Positions 50,616 through 60,780 of a stretch of DNA of 64,000 bases are shown in pieces (the stretch's first letter is position 1; each line of letters starts with the position of its first letter). The stretch is taken from contig JBDRPX010000038.1 of NCBI GenBank assembly GCA_043826565.1, positions 70,334-134,333 on the forward strand, in the 5' to 3' direction. A program made the translations under genes and the position numbers. The notes beneath the pieces are model-generated. The model worked only from the letters and a program-made list of their open reading frames with translations. It made no database searches and had not been told where the DNA came from. Source of the stretch: Candidatus Omnitrophota bacterium (GTDB lineage: Bacteria > Omnitrophota > Gorgyraeia > B26-G9).

Positions 50616-51224
50616 ATGAGTTATAAGAACACGGAGGTTCAACCGGAGCTTTTTAACGGTATAACAAAAAAGCAACGCCAGAAAGCGTTCAGAAGGAACG
50701 CTTTTTCAATTAATTACAAGTCAGCAATAACCGTATCGGTAGATACTCTGATTGTTATAGCCCTAACACTGGTAATGGTAAATTTGCTGTGTTTTGTTGT
50801 TGGGATGGAAAAAGGGAAGCAATTTGCCAAGCTGCAGGATAATGAAGCAATAATAAAAGTTGTCCCCGAGAAAATTCAAGCAAAGCAAAACATTATAACT
50901 AAGAATCAGGAACCAGAAACAAACGAGGAAATTAAAAAAGATAAACTGGAACATGATGTCGTAGTAAAGCCCGTAGAAACAGCCCCGAATTCATCAAATC
51001 AGGGATATGCTATTCAGTTGGCAAGTTACAATAAAAACGGCATAGCGGAAAAAGAAGCTCAACTGCTAAAGCAAAAAGGTTTTGAGAGTTTTGTATTAAA
51101 AAAAGGAGATTTTTACGTTGTCTATACCGGGGTTTACCTCGAAAAGACAACCGCAATAAAAAACCTGGATAATTTCAAAAAACGTTATAAAGATTGCTTT
51201 GTACGCTTTCTTGAAAAATCTTAA
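50616..51224 (+). CDS. SPOR-domain protein
   Basis: TM helix and a C-terminal SPOR domain (GYAIQLASYNKNGIAEKEAQLLKQKGF…YVVYTGVY). AGGAGG RBS before the ATG at 50616. Confidence 0.7.
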   Translation: MSYKNTEVQPELFNGITKKQRQKAFRRNAFSINYKSAITVSVDTLIVIALTLVMVNLLCFVVGMEKGKQFAKLQDNEAIIKVVPEKIQAKQNIITKNQEPETNEEIKKDKLEHDVVVKPVETAPNSSNQGYAIQLASYNKNGIAEKEAQLLKQKGFESFVLKKGDFYVVYTGVYLEKTTAIKNLDNFKKRYKDCFVRFLEKS

Positions 51225-51253
51225 GTAATATCGTAAGAAAGGAGAACTGAAAA

Positions 51254-51499
51254 ATGTCGATTCATCCAAGCTTATCTGCCACTAAAGGCAATAAACACCG
51301 CAGTGTTCTTAAGCGGTTCGAGCGTGTGGAAAAGCTCAAAAAATCCGGAAAATGGAGCGAAGAAACAAAAGCTTTTGGCCTGCCAAAAGTAAAGATTATT
51401 AAAATGAAGCTCAAAAAAACCAAAGAAGCTAAAGCTACTACGGCAGAAGGCGCAGCCGCTGGTGAGAAAACCGCAGCGGATAAGACTGCTTCCAAATAA
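51254..51499 (+). CDS. small basic hypothetical protein
   Basis: 81 aa, K/A-rich tail. Good RBS. Confidence 0.4.
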   Translation: MSIHPSLSATKGNKHRSVLKRFERVEKLKKSGKWSEETKAFGLPKVKIIKMKLKKTKEAKATTAEGAAAGEKTAADKTASK

Positions 51500-52389
51500 T
51501 GTCATTCCAGAAAATAATGCGAAAAATAAAAACATGTTTTTTCTTAATTAGTATAAGTTTTGGAATATTAAGTATTACGCATACTGCATTTGCGCAATCT
51601 GCGGAGGCTAAGGACACTTATACGGGAATCATCACCGCAGATGCTGTCAATGTGCGCAGCGGCCCCAGCCTGAATCATGAAATCATTACTAAGCTTGATA
51701 AGGATTTCCTGGTTTTAGTGGAGGATCAAACAGCCGAATGGATTAAGATTAAGCTGCCTCCTTCAAGCAAAGCTTATGTTTATAAAAACTTTGTCCTTAA
51801 AGACAGTTCCGGGAATATCACAATTTCCGGGAATAGAGTCAATATCCGGGCAGAGAAGGGGACTAATTCTAATATAGTCGGACAACTAAACACAGGAGAT
51901 CCTATTGAGTTAATTAATACCGAAGGTGACTGGTATTGGATTTTTCCTTTAAAAAATTGCGTGGCCTGGGTCAACAAAAATTATGTCGTAAAATTTGGAA
52001 AACCCGAGCTTTATTATGAAGAAGAAAACAAGTATCGTCTTAAAATAAGTTCTTTCCCTAGACTAAAGGAGGAGAAAAAAACTATTTCTCCGGCAGCTGT
52101 ACCCGAAAATATCACAGATATTCCTAAAAAACAAGAACTAAGCGTGGTTAATTATTCAAATGTTCCACCGACAGTTAAAGGAAAAGTCATGGATATGGGG
52201 CGGGTCTTGCAACGCCAGGGTACCCATAAATTACTCGCAGATAAAAAACTTGTGTATTATTTAAAAAGCGACGATATTAATCTTAACGATTTTATTTATC
52301 ACAAAGTTAATATATGGGGAAACATAACTAATCACAAAAAATCTAAAATTCCTATTATTGAAGTAAAGCATATTCAAAAATTGAACTAA
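51499..52389 (+). CDS. secreted tandem SH3b-domain protein
   Basis: Signal peptide and two bacterial SH3-like segments (…AVNVRSGPS…; …RVNIRAEKGT…). Confidence 0.65.
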   Translation: MSFQKIMRKIKTCFFLISISFGILSITHTAFAQSAEAKDTYTGIITADAVNVRSGPSLNHEIITKLDKDFLVLVEDQTAEWIKIKLPPSSKAYVYKNFVLKDSSGNITISGNRVNIRAEKGTNSNIVGQLNTGDPIELINTEGDWYWIFPLKNCVAWVNKNYVVKFGKPELYYEEENKYRLKISSFPRLKEEKKTISPAAVPENITDIPKKQELSVVNYSNVPPTVKGKVMDMGRVLQRQGTHKLLADKKLVYYLKSDDINLNDFIYHKVNIWGNITNHKKSKIPIIEVKHIQKLN

Positions 52390-52401
52390 AAAAAGAATAA
52401 T

Positions 52402-52983
52402 ATGACCAGCGGAGGCTCTCTAATTTTAAGCTTTATTGTAAACCTGCCTGCATTTCTGGGAGCGTTGGTTGTGCATGAATATGCTCATGGATATGTCGCG
52501 AATAAGCTTGGGGATACTACCGCAAAAAGCTTAGGCCGGCTGACTTTTAACCCCTTAGCACACATCGACCTCTTTGGAACAATTTTATTACCTTTATTTC
52601 TTATAATATCCCGCTCACCGATAGTCATCGGCTGGGCAAAACCCGTACCGGTTAATTTTTACAACTTAAATAATCCCAAAAAAGATATGATTTGGGTCGG
52701 ATTAGCCGGGCCGGTGGCAAATTTCATTGCCGCAACAATAACATATATAATTCTTCGTCTGGGAATTGTGGGGAATGTTATTCTGTTTGACTTTTTAACA
52801 AATCTGCTCATAATAAATATTGTGTTGGGAGTTTTTAATCTTATCCCGATTCCACCGCTTGACGGATCAAGAGTCCTCATGGGGCTGTTGCCGCCAAAGA
52901 TGGCCATAGCGTATAGCCGATTAGAACCTTACGGGATGATTATTTTAATTGTTTTATTAATGTTACTTAGGAATAGTTTTTAA
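52402..52983 (+). CDS. site-2 protease family (M50-like) membrane metalloprotease
   Basis: HEYAH HExxH motif within a TM helix. Polytopic; 193 aa. Confidence 0.65.
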   Translation: MTSGGSLILSFIVNLPAFLGALVVHEYAHGYVANKLGDTTAKSLGRLTFNPLAHIDLFGTILLPLFLIISRSPIVIGWAKPVPVNFYNLNNPKKDMIWVGLAGPVANFIAATITYIILRLGIVGNVILFDFLTNLLIINIVLGVFNLIPIPPLDGSRVLMGLLPPKMAIAYSRLEPYGMIILIVLLMLLRNSF

Positions 52984-54071
52984 TGAAAAAAATAATCGTA
53001 GATTTAAAAGAAAAAAGTTATCCTATAATTATTGAAGGAAAAAGTTTTAATCCACTGGCGGGTATATTAAAAAAAACGAGGCTGGGAACCGATGCTTTTA
53101 TTATAACCAATGCGCGGATATTTAATCTATATGCATCATCTATAAAAAAATCATTAAAATCAGCGGATATCCGTACATATTTTTATAAGGTCAAAGATTC
53201 TGAAGAAAGCAAGTCAATATCCACATACATCAAAACAATTCAGGCCTTATCTAAAATAGATGTTAAAAAGCGTATATTCCTTATTGCGCTCGGAGGGGGG
53301 GTGATTGGAGATCTTTGTGGGTTTGTTGCCGCTACATATAAGCGAGGTGTCAGTTATATCCAGATTCCCACAACATTGTTGGCACAGGTTGATTCAAGTA
53401 TCGGCGGAAAAACAGCTATAGATTTAGAATCCGGGAAAAACCTCGTTGGGGCAATCTTTCAGCCGAAACTGGTCTATTCGAATACAACAGTATTAAAAAG
53501 CTTACCCCTGCGTCAAGTTAGAAGCGGGCTTGCTGAAGTAGTTAAATACGGAATCATTGATGATAAAAATCTATTTTCTTTTTTAGAAAAAAATTATAAT
53601 AAAATCTTAAGATTAGATATAAAAAGCCTTGAATATATCATAAGCTGCTCCAGTAAAATTAAAGCGCAAGTTGTCTCATTTGACGAAAATGAAACAAAGG
53701 GATTGCGGACAATTCTAAACTTCGGACATACCATCGGACATGCTTTAGAAACAGCCACTAAATATACAAAACTCAATCATGGTGAAGCTGTTAGCATCGG
53801 TATGGTTTGTGCTTCCGAAATCGCGCTTAATTTAGGGCTTTTAGAACCTAATGAATTTGCGCGCATAGTTTCCCTTATTCGCGGCCTAAACCTTCCGGTA
53901 GAGGCCAAAAATATTAGTTTAAATACAGTATTTGAAGCTTTCTATAGGGATAAGAAGTTTGTGAACGGGAAAATCCGCATGGTTATACCTACAAGAATCG
54001 GACATGTGATAGTTACTGAAGATATACCATTTAAGGAAATCAAAAAAGTAATAAAAAAGCGGGTGAAATAA
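52983..54071 (+). CDS. aroB: 3-dehydroquinate synthase
   Basis: DHQS motifs (GGGVIGD…, metal-binding His residues). Confidence 0.88.
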   Translation: MKKIIVDLKEKSYPIIIEGKSFNPLAGILKKTRLGTDAFIITNARIFNLYASSIKKSLKSADIRTYFYKVKDSEESKSISTYIKTIQALSKIDVKKRIFLIALGGGVIGDLCGFVAATYKRGVSYIQIPTTLLAQVDSSIGGKTAIDLESGKNLVGAIFQPKLVYSNTTVLKSLPLRQVRSGLAEVVKYGIIDDKNLFSFLEKNYNKILRLDIKSLEYIISCSSKIKAQVVSFDENETKGLRTILNFGHTIGHALETATKYTKLNHGEAVSIGMVCASEIALNLGLLEPNEFARIVSLIRGLNLPVEAKNISLNTVFEAFYRDKKFVNGKIRMVIPTRIGHVIVTEDIPFKEIKKVIKKRVK

Positions 54072-54072
54072 A

Positions 54073-54555
54073 ATGGATATAAAAATCAGAAAAGCGAAAA
54101 AAGAAGATCGAAAACAAATATATACATTAATTACCTCGGTATTAAAAAAAGAGTTTGGACTAAATGAAGCAACATATCCGGAAGCTGATCTTGCTGATGT
54201 AACTAAGGCGTATGGCGGAAAAAAAGATATCTTTTTTGTAGCGGTCATCGGTAATACAATAATCGGAACTATTGCGGTAAAAGAAGATGATAAAAATACT
54301 GCTTTATTAAGGCGAATCAGCGTATCTCCAGAATTTAGGGGGATTGGATTAGGTAAAAATCTGATTATCAAGGCGATTGAATTTTGCCAGAAGCAGGGAT
54401 ATCGAATCGTCAATTTCCGGTCTACGGAAAAAATGGAAGCGGCTAACAGCCTGTGTCAGAAAAACGGGTTTAAAATCAGGGCCTCAATGGACATTGGACA
54501 TACTACGATCTTAAAGCTTACACGGCGGTTGCGAGCTCAAAAAAGAGTTGTTTAA
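54073..54555 (+). CDS. GNAT family N-acetyltransferase
   Basis: Acetyl-CoA motif RxxGxGxG-like (RGIGLGKNL). Confidence 0.75.
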   Translation: MDIKIRKAKKEDRKQIYTLITSVLKKEFGLNEATYPEADLADVTKAYGGKKDIFFVAVIGNTIIGTIAVKEDDKNTALLRRISVSPEFRGIGLGKNLIIKAIEFCQKQGYRIVNFRSTEKMEAANSLCQKNGFKIRASMDIGHTTILKLTRRLRAQKRVV

Positions 54556-54562
54556 AACTTAG

Positions 54563-54613
54563 GCTCCCGTAATTACTATTGCCAGACAATAGAACGCGGG
54601 AGCGCTTTATTTT
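54563..54613 (+). terminator. rho-independent terminator after the GNAT gene
   Basis: GCTCCCG … CGGGAGC stem with an internal sub-hairpin, then GCTTTATTTT. Confidence 0.5.
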
Positions 54614-54617
54614 AATT

Positions 54618-55187
54618 ATGAAAAAATTATCACAAAAAATTTTATATAAGGGTAAGTGGATAAACCTCCTTGATTCTGAATTTGTTAATGACAGGGGGGA
54701 GGTATTTAATTGGGAATCTACAGAACGTAATAATGCCCATCAGATAATCATAATTCTCGCCAAACTAGTTCCCTCAAATCAATATATTTTGATCAGACAG
54801 TTCCGGCCGGCAATAAACAAATGCGTAATCGGATTACCCGCCGGGATTGTCCATGATGGAGATATCAATGATGCGGCAATACGTGAACTTAAGGAAGAAA
54901 CCGGTTATTACGGCATAATCAAAGAAATAAGTCCGGTACTGGCCCTAAATCCAGCCCTGACCAGTGAAAAGGTTCAAATAATCACTATGGAAGTAGATGA
55001 ACATGATTCCCGGAATAAATCTCCGGAACAAGACCTTGAACCTGAGGAAGAAATCGAAACCCTGCTGGTACCAGCACTCCGGACTAAAAAATACCTATTA
55101 GAAGAAAAAGCCCAAGGTCATGAAATCGGCGCCTCACTATGGTTTTTATTTGGAGACATTATCCAGGAAGAAGCCACCCAAAGGTAG
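54618..55187 (+). CDS. NUDIX hydrolase
   Basis: NUDIX box GIVHDGDINDAAIRELKEETGY. Start moved downstream of the terminator. Confidence 0.8.
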   Translation: MKKLSQKILYKGKWINLLDSEFVNDRGEVFNWESTERNNAHQIIIILAKLVPSNQYILIRQFRPAINKCVIGLPAGIVHDGDINDAAIRELKEETGYYGIIKEISPVLALNPALTSEKVQIITMEVDEHDSRNKSPEQDLEPEEEIETLLVPALRTKKYLLEEKAQGHEIGASLWFLFGDIIQEEATQR

Positions 55188-55486
55188 AAGTACAAAACAA
55201 ACGCAAAAGGAATTCCCATACCAGCTTGTTATACATGATTCCAAATAGGCATATCCTTGAACTGTCGACTGAGACCATAATACAATTAAGTTAACATAAG
55301 ATATATTATAGGAAGGTAGCAAAGGGTGGGAAAATGCCGTTGGTTTGGGTGTTTTTATGGGTTGTTGTGGTTTTCTGGGCTGTTAATTTTTTTAAACACA
55401 TTTTAACTGAACTGTCTATTCCCTTTAATATTTTCTGTGTTTTTAAAAATCACTTTATATAGCTTAATCCATCATATCAATTATAA

Positions 55487-55825
55487 CTACATTATAAACT
55501 GAAGCTGTTTATGGCCTTGTTGTTTGGGTGTATTTTTGAGGCCTTTTAAGGCCTTTTTGGCTTGAGTAAGGCTATGCCCTTCTGTTAGCGCTTTTAAAGG
55601 CTTAGGGGTTTCCTTAGGGGTATTTTCGCACTCGCCTACATTGCCGTACAAATGCTCGAGAATTGTTTTTCTTATAAAAACTGAGGGTTCTAAATGACAC
55701 CTGTGAGCTAAAACCTGAATGTTCAGCCATTGCTCATGTGTAAATCTAACATTTATAGTTTTAGTATACTTGATATGCTTTTTAGGTCTGCCCCGGGCTG
55801 GCTTTTTGGCTTCTTGATGCATCAC
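55487..55825 (-). CDS. MobC-like ribbon-helix-helix mobilisation accessory protein (orphan)
   Basis: INVRFTHEQWLNIQVLAHRCHLEPSVFIRKTIL resembles the MobC family core. AGGAGG RBS. No relaxase gene nearby. Confidence 0.5.
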   Translation of the reverse strand: MMHQEAKKPARGRPKKHIKYTKTINVRFTHEQWLNIQVLAHRCHLEPSVFIRKTILEHLYGNVGECENTPKETPKPLKALTEGHSLTQAKKALKGLKNTPKQQGHKQLQFIM

Positions 55826-56004
55826 AAAACCTCCTTGAAATTAAACATGGTAATCGTCCTGACAACCTGTACATAGTGTTATTATATAGTAGATCTATTT
55901 TTAAGGCAACAAAAAATCACAAAAAAACACAAATATTATATAGTCTGATTGAGTGTGGTTTATTGGCTGGATTATTTTGATTTAGTTTTATTGCAGATTT
56001 TTCT

Positions 56005-56817
56005 CTATATTTCATTCCAAGAATCTGTAGCAGTGTCTTCTTGAGGAATATTGCCTTCTAAATCCTTAATTAGGACTTTTTCAGGAAGATTAGATTTAAT
56101 GCATATTGTGTTTCGACCGGTTTTTTTATAATTTACCGGAATAGCAAAAACTACAAAAGCTGTCGCGCTGCCGGTATTACTAAGAACTTCATGATAGTAA
56201 TAACCGTTAAAAGCGCTGGCTATATCACGAGCGGAATTTAGATTCCCCAGCTGCGGATCAATAATCTCAAATTTCCCTTCTTTGTTTATAATTAAATCTT
56301 CAGACCTGGCATATTTACCGTAATGTTCATAATATGTTTTTTGGGCAGAACTATATCTTTTTAGCAATTCGATAGCTTCGGCTTCATTTTTCTTGATTAC
56401 AGCCTCCCCTTCCCTTACAAATCGAGAAGACGATGTGTCTAAGCCTGCTATAGTAACTTCTTGCGTATCCTGAGTATCTGCATTCCGTTTTACTAGAATA
56501 ATCTTTTCCGGAACCTCGCGTTTTTTCTTATGATGTTCTTCGCCATCTTCTCCATAGAAACTTTGAACCACACCTAATTTTCCAATAATTCCGGAAGTTT
56601 TAGATTTTTCCATATCCAGGTCTTTTTGAATTTCTTCAATATTCCGGCTGGCCACCAGTGATTTTTCTTCTCCCCCAATAAAGATTTTTCTGTAAGCTGC
56701 CAACAAAGAATCAAAGGCTTGCCATGCCGCGGCGCAAGCAAGTACTAGGGAAAAAACTATCAGGAAACTCATAATACTAACGCGACCTTTGTTGTTTTTA
56801 CTATTTATGAGTCGCAT
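56005..56817 (-). CDS. membrane-anchored hypothetical protein, paralog A
   Basis: N-terminal TM helix. The C-terminal domain aligns with its neighbour (AIELLKRYSSAQKTYYEHYGKYA / IAALLRRYAAAQELYHAQYGVYA; IIDP; AIPVNY/AIPVDY). Confidence 0.55.
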   Translation of the reverse strand: MRLINSKNNKGRVSIMSFLIVFSLVLACAAAWQAFDSLLAAYRKIFIGGEEKSLVASRNIEEIQKDLDMEKSKTSGIIGKLGVVQSFYGEDGEEHHKKKREVPEKIILVKRNADTQDTQEVTIAGLDTSSSRFVREGEAVIKKNEAEAIELLKRYSSAQKTYYEHYGKYARSEDLIINKEGKFEIIDPQLGNLNSARDIASAFNGYYYHEVLSNTGSATAFVVFAIPVNYKKTGRNTICIKSNLPEKVLIKDLEGNIPQEDTATDSWNEI

Positions 56818-56820
56818 CTT

Positions 56821-57603
56821 TTAAAACTCTTCCCAGGTATTATTTATCTCTTTTGAATAAAATATAGGTCTGGCTCCGTTATTCTTCATCATAACCACAT
56901 TTCCGGTCCTTGAAGAAATACATAAAGTATGAAAACCCGTCACACCATAGTCCACCGGTATAGCGCATAGAATATATTCATCTTCTTTATCTTTATATCG
57001 AGAGCCGTTATTAATTGATTCCATGAAATAGTATCCATTGCGGGTATGTTCTTTACTGTCGGCTAGATCTATTACAAAAATATACGGGTCAATAATGCCC
57101 GGGTACCCATCATCTTCAAGTATAAGGTTTTTAGCGGTCATCGCATAGACCCCATACTGAGCATGATATAATTCCTGAGCCGCCGCATAACGTCTTAATA
57201 ATGCGGCAATACTCAGCTCATTAGAGACCAGCTCCAGTCCATTCGCACTTTTCTTACTTCTTTCGTTGATAAAATTATTTAAAATCTCCTCGAGTATCTC
57301 AGGGGAAGCATTGTCGGATTCTTTTTGCTCAAACACATCATTAATGTAAAATTCATCCAAAGCCTGCCGAATTTTTTGTCTTGACGCTTTAGTATATAAA
57401 TGCGCGTTAGTCTTTGGATAGGAGAATGTCTGTCCTTGCTCCGCAGATTCAGGTATGGCCTTCTCCGGGATAACTACAGCATTCATTGTTCTCATAATTC
57501 CCTGAGTTTTTAAATTATAAATATAGGTTGCCGCAGCAAGGCTTATAAGGAATATCATTAAAACCAATAATACCGAATGCAGTTGTGTACTACCTCTTAT
57601 CAT
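56821..57603 (-). CDS. membrane-anchored hypothetical protein, paralog B
   Basis: Paralogous to 56005-56817 (see that entry). Separated from it by 3 nt. Confidence 0.55.
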   Translation of the reverse strand: MIRGSTQLHSVLLVLMIFLISLAAATYIYNLKTQGIMRTMNAVVIPEKAIPESAEQGQTFSYPKTNAHLYTKASRQKIRQALDEFYINDVFEQKESDNASPEILEEILNNFINERSKKSANGLELVSNELSIAALLRRYAAAQELYHAQYGVYAMTAKNLILEDDGYPGIIDPYIFVIDLADSKEHTRNGYYFMESINNGSRYKDKEDEYILCAIPVDYGVTGFHTLCISSRTGNVVMMKNNGARPIFYSKEINNTWEEF

Positions 57604-57628
57604 ACAAAATCACCTCACGGATAAACAC

Positions 57629-58015
57629 TCAGCCACTCTTGTTTAATATGGCTTTTCTAGCAGCTTCTAATATTTGCTCAACTTCGAAAGGCTTATATAA
57701 ACCATAGGTTTTTCCTCCCGCTTCAATAAACGCCTTTTCTTTTTCCGGCAAACCGATATCTATATGCCCAGTCATTAAAATTATTTCCGTCTCCGGATTG
57801 ATTTCCTTCGCTGCCCTACATGTTTCGATCCCATCTATTCCCGGCATAACCAGGTCAACAAATATTACATCATATTTTACATCACGTATTTTTTCTAGGC
57901 CAGCTTCTCCGCTTAGAGCAGTATCAACACTATATCCCTCATGCTCCAGCACCGCCCTAAGTCCGGTACAGATTACTTTTGTATCATCTATTACTAAAAT
58001 TTTTTCTCCTGACAT
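57629..58015 (-). CDS. single-domain response regulator (REC)
   Basis: ILVIDD … FVDLVMPGIDG … K. 128 aa. Confidence 0.8.
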   Translation of the reverse strand: MSGEKILVIDDTKVICTGLRAVLEHEGYSVDTALSGEAGLEKIRDVKYDVIFVDLVMPGIDGIETCRAAKEINPETEIILMTGHIDIGLPEKEKAFIEAGGKTYGLYKPFEVEQILEAARKAILNKSG

Positions 58016-58025
58016 AACAGGTCAC

Positions 58026-59861
58026 CTACTTAGCTCCAGGAAGAATTAATTCAAACCTGGTTCCCTTCCCGACATGGCTATCCACAAACACCTCGCCATG
58101 ATGTTTTTTTATTATACCATGCGAGATCGACAAACCAAGTCCGACACCTTTTCCCGGGCCTTTTGTTGTAAAGAACGGATCAAATATTTTTGTCAAATTA
58201 TCCCCCGCAATTCCTTCCCCATTATCTATAAACTCTACCATAATTTTAGTGTTATTTTCAATGTTTTTTGTTTTTATTATGATTTCTCCTCCTTGAGGCA
58301 TAGCATCTATAGCATTGCTTATCATATTAAGCACTACCTGCTGCAAAGAGGATTTATGGCCTTTAATGGAAATCAGTTTTCCGTCATATTTTCTTAACAC
58401 TCTTATATTACTATTTTTAAATTGGTGCTGGACAAAGCTTAACGTTGATTCAATAACTATATTGAAGTTTACGTCAACAAATTCCCCTTTTGACTGTCGT
58501 GAAAAGGATATCAGACCTTTTACTATATTTGCCATATACTCAGCTGCTTCAGTCATGATTTGCAATTCTTCACGTTGCCGGGAATCCGGTTGGGCTTTGC
58601 GCAGATAAGTCTTTAATAAGCTCAAAAGTCCGGTTAAGGGACTGTTTAATTCATGGGCAACCCCAGCCGCAAGCTGCCCAATTCCGGAAAGTCGTTCTGC
58701 TTCCACTAGTTGAGCTTGTGCCTTTTTAAGCTTTTCGTAAGCAGCTGTAAGCTCTTGGGCCTTTTTGCTCTCGACAGCCGCAGAAGCGACCTTAGCGGCA
58801 AGTTCTTTTTTCTTTTCCTCATCTTTTTTACGGTCAGTAATATCCTCACCGGAGCTAATAATTCCGATAATCTTTCCATTGTCATCTTTTAAAGGTGAAT
58901 TATGCCAAGCAATGATTCTTTCTTCTCCACTTTTTGTAACGACCGGGTTTTCGAAATATTCAGTAAATCTCAAGTCTCCACTCATCAGTTTATTAAAAAC
59001 TCCCCGCATATCTTTTTTAAACCTTTCCGGCAAAAAATTCTCAAACCAGTTTTTTCGCAGAACCTCCTGTTCTGTATACCCTAATATTTGATGTCCTTTT
59101 TTGTTAATTAAAGTAATACTACCTTGCTCATCCAGAACAAGAAATATTATCGGAGCAATTTCAAGATATAATTTCATTCGATTACGTTCATTAAACAGAG
59201 TCTGCTCCATTAACTTCTGCTCTGTAACATCCCGATTGATCCCGCTATACCCGACACAGACTTTTCCCATTTCATCAAAGACAGGAACAGCACTTGTCTC
59301 CATAATTATCAGACTTCCGTTTTTATGAACAAAAATGCTTTCAAAACGTTTAATTTTTTTGTGGCAGGATATTAGTTTTTGAAATTCTTTGTGACGATGT
59401 TCTAAATCATGAGAAAGCATTAAATCCAACAGATTTTTTCCTATGATTTCTTCAGCATCGTATCCGATAATTTCCCGGCACTGAGGACTGGAATAAATAT
59501 AAAAACCATTCTGATCGGTTTGCCAAAGCCAATTAATAGTGTTTTCAACCAAAGACCGGAATTGTTCCGTTTTATGATAAATTTGATTTTTAATGTCTTC
59601 CTGAATAAAAGCGTAAAAAAAGAAGCTCCAAACTAAAGGAACCAATACTTGGAAATAGTTTTCCCAAACCAAAAAAACTGAATCATAACCAGACCATTCA
59701 ATAATATTACTCAAACTATGAAGGCTTAAAACAGCAATCAAAGCTGCTAAAAAAAACTTAACATTCCCCCAAGATACACGTTTCCAGCCCTTAATCATGA
59801 AGCATGCCGCCATGATCATGATGAACAGATTTATAATGTCCAGCAATAAAATAGTACTCAT
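58026..59861 (-). CDS. PAS/PAC sensor histidine kinase
   Basis: N-terminal TM helices, three PAS-like segments, H-box HELNSPL, and an HATPase_c domain. Start placed at M14 to give an ATGA overlap with the upstream small ORF. Confidence 0.8.
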   Translation of the reverse strand: MSTILLLDIINLFIMIMAACFMIKGWKRVSWGNVKFFLAALIAVLSLHSLSNIIEWSGYDSVFLVWENYFQVLVPLVWSFFFYAFIQEDIKNQIYHKTEQFRSLVENTINWLWQTDQNGFYIYSSPQCREIIGYDAEEIIGKNLLDLMLSHDLEHRHKEFQKLISCHKKIKRFESIFVHKNGSLIIMETSAVPVFDEMGKVCVGYSGINRDVTEQKLMEQTLFNERNRMKLYLEIAPIIFLVLDEQGSITLINKKGHQILGYTEQEVLRKNWFENFLPERFKKDMRGVFNKLMSGDLRFTEYFENPVVTKSGEERIIAWHNSPLKDDNGKIIGIISSGEDITDRKKDEEKKKELAAKVASAAVESKKAQELTAAYEKLKKAQAQLVEAERLSGIGQLAAGVAHELNSPLTGLLSLLKTYLRKAQPDSRQREELQIMTEAAEYMANIVKGLISFSRQSKGEFVDVNFNIVIESTLSFVQHQFKNSNIRVLRKYDGKLISIKGHKSSLQQVVLNMISNAIDAMPQGGEIIIKTKNIENNTKIMVEFIDNGEGIAGDNLTKIFDPFFTTKGPGKGVGLGLSISHGIIKKHHGEVFVDSHVGKGTRFELILPGAK

Positions 59862-60133
59862 GATTTTTTCCCCGGGGAGATAAAGGTCTTCCAGCACCAT
59901 AAGCAGACCAGGCCTGATGAAATTATATAGAAAACATGTTCCAGATAATTTAAAAAATCAGCCCAGAAGATTCCTTCCAAAACCGTCGCTAAAGTACTTA
60001 CAAGAAACACGATCAATCCGGAAAGAATCAATTTGTTATCCGGTAAAACTTTTAGCTGACGCAGATTACCTAAGACAAAAACTACAGCAGCAACACAAAA
60101 TATAAGAGCAAAAAACTCACTGCTATCAATCAC
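59858..60133 (-). CDS. small three-TM membrane protein translationally coupled to the histidine kinase
   Basis: 91 aa hydrophobic ORF whose stop overlaps the HK ATG. Confidence 0.4.
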   Translation of the reverse strand: MIDSSEFFALIFCVAAVVFVLGNLRQLKVLPDNKLILSGLIVFLVSTLATVLEGIFWADFLNYLEHVFYIISSGLVCLWCWKTFISPGKKS

Positions 60134-60306
60134 TTTTTTCTCCTTTAGCGCAAAAAAAGCAACCCCTCCATGAATTGAGAAAATTGCTTAGTGTCACCAT
60201 ACTACAGCCTTGTAGATTTTTTTAAACCTAAATTAATAATACTGCTAAAAATCGCATAAGTCAAACAAATCTATTGGATAACGTCTATTACATCTAAGTT
60301 ACCATA

Positions 60307-60780
60307 TTATTTTTTGAAGATTTCCGGCATGACGATAAAGATAAGCTGCCAATCCCCAAAAGGTGTCTTTTCCAGACAGACAACACCCGAGGGTTTAAAA
60401 GACAGCCAGGTATCCATTTCTTGACCAGTTAAAAGACGGCTGGCAAGTCGGGAAACAAACGGAAGATGCCCTACGATCATAACATCCTTGTCCTGGGCAT
60501 TAAGTTCTAAACAGATATTTTCTACCGGATCATTGGGGCCCAAGTCCTTGCGCTCAAAGGAGCCTTCCTTGGGCCACAATTCTTCGGAAAAAATTTGAGC
60601 GGTTTGTAAAGCCCGGTTTTTTGTACTGCTGTAAATTATATTGATGTTTGCATTAATGGATTTTAAAAAATATGCTACTTTTAAAGTATCTTGCCGTCCT
60701 TGATCAGTAAGCGGCTGTTCCGGGTTCTCTTCCCCAGCAAAGGCTTCTCCATGCCGTGTTATATAAATTTTCATTTCCAT
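60307..60780 (-). CDS. sixA: phosphohistidine phosphatase SixA-like (histidine phosphatase superfamily)
   Basis: RHGEA catalytic motif near the N-terminus. 157 aa. Confidence 0.7.
   Translation of the reverse strand: MEMKIYITRHGEAFAGEENPEQPLTDQGRQDTLKVAYFLKSINANINIIYSSTKNRALQTAQIFSEELWPKEGSFERKDLGPNDPVENICLELNAQDKDVMIVGHLPFVSRLASRLLTGQEMDTWLSFKPSGVVCLEKTPFGDWQLIFIVMPEIFKK

Noticed and set aside
53919-54413. 164-aa minus-strand ORF
   Set aside because: Antisense to aroB and the GNAT gene, both of which have strong family motifs.
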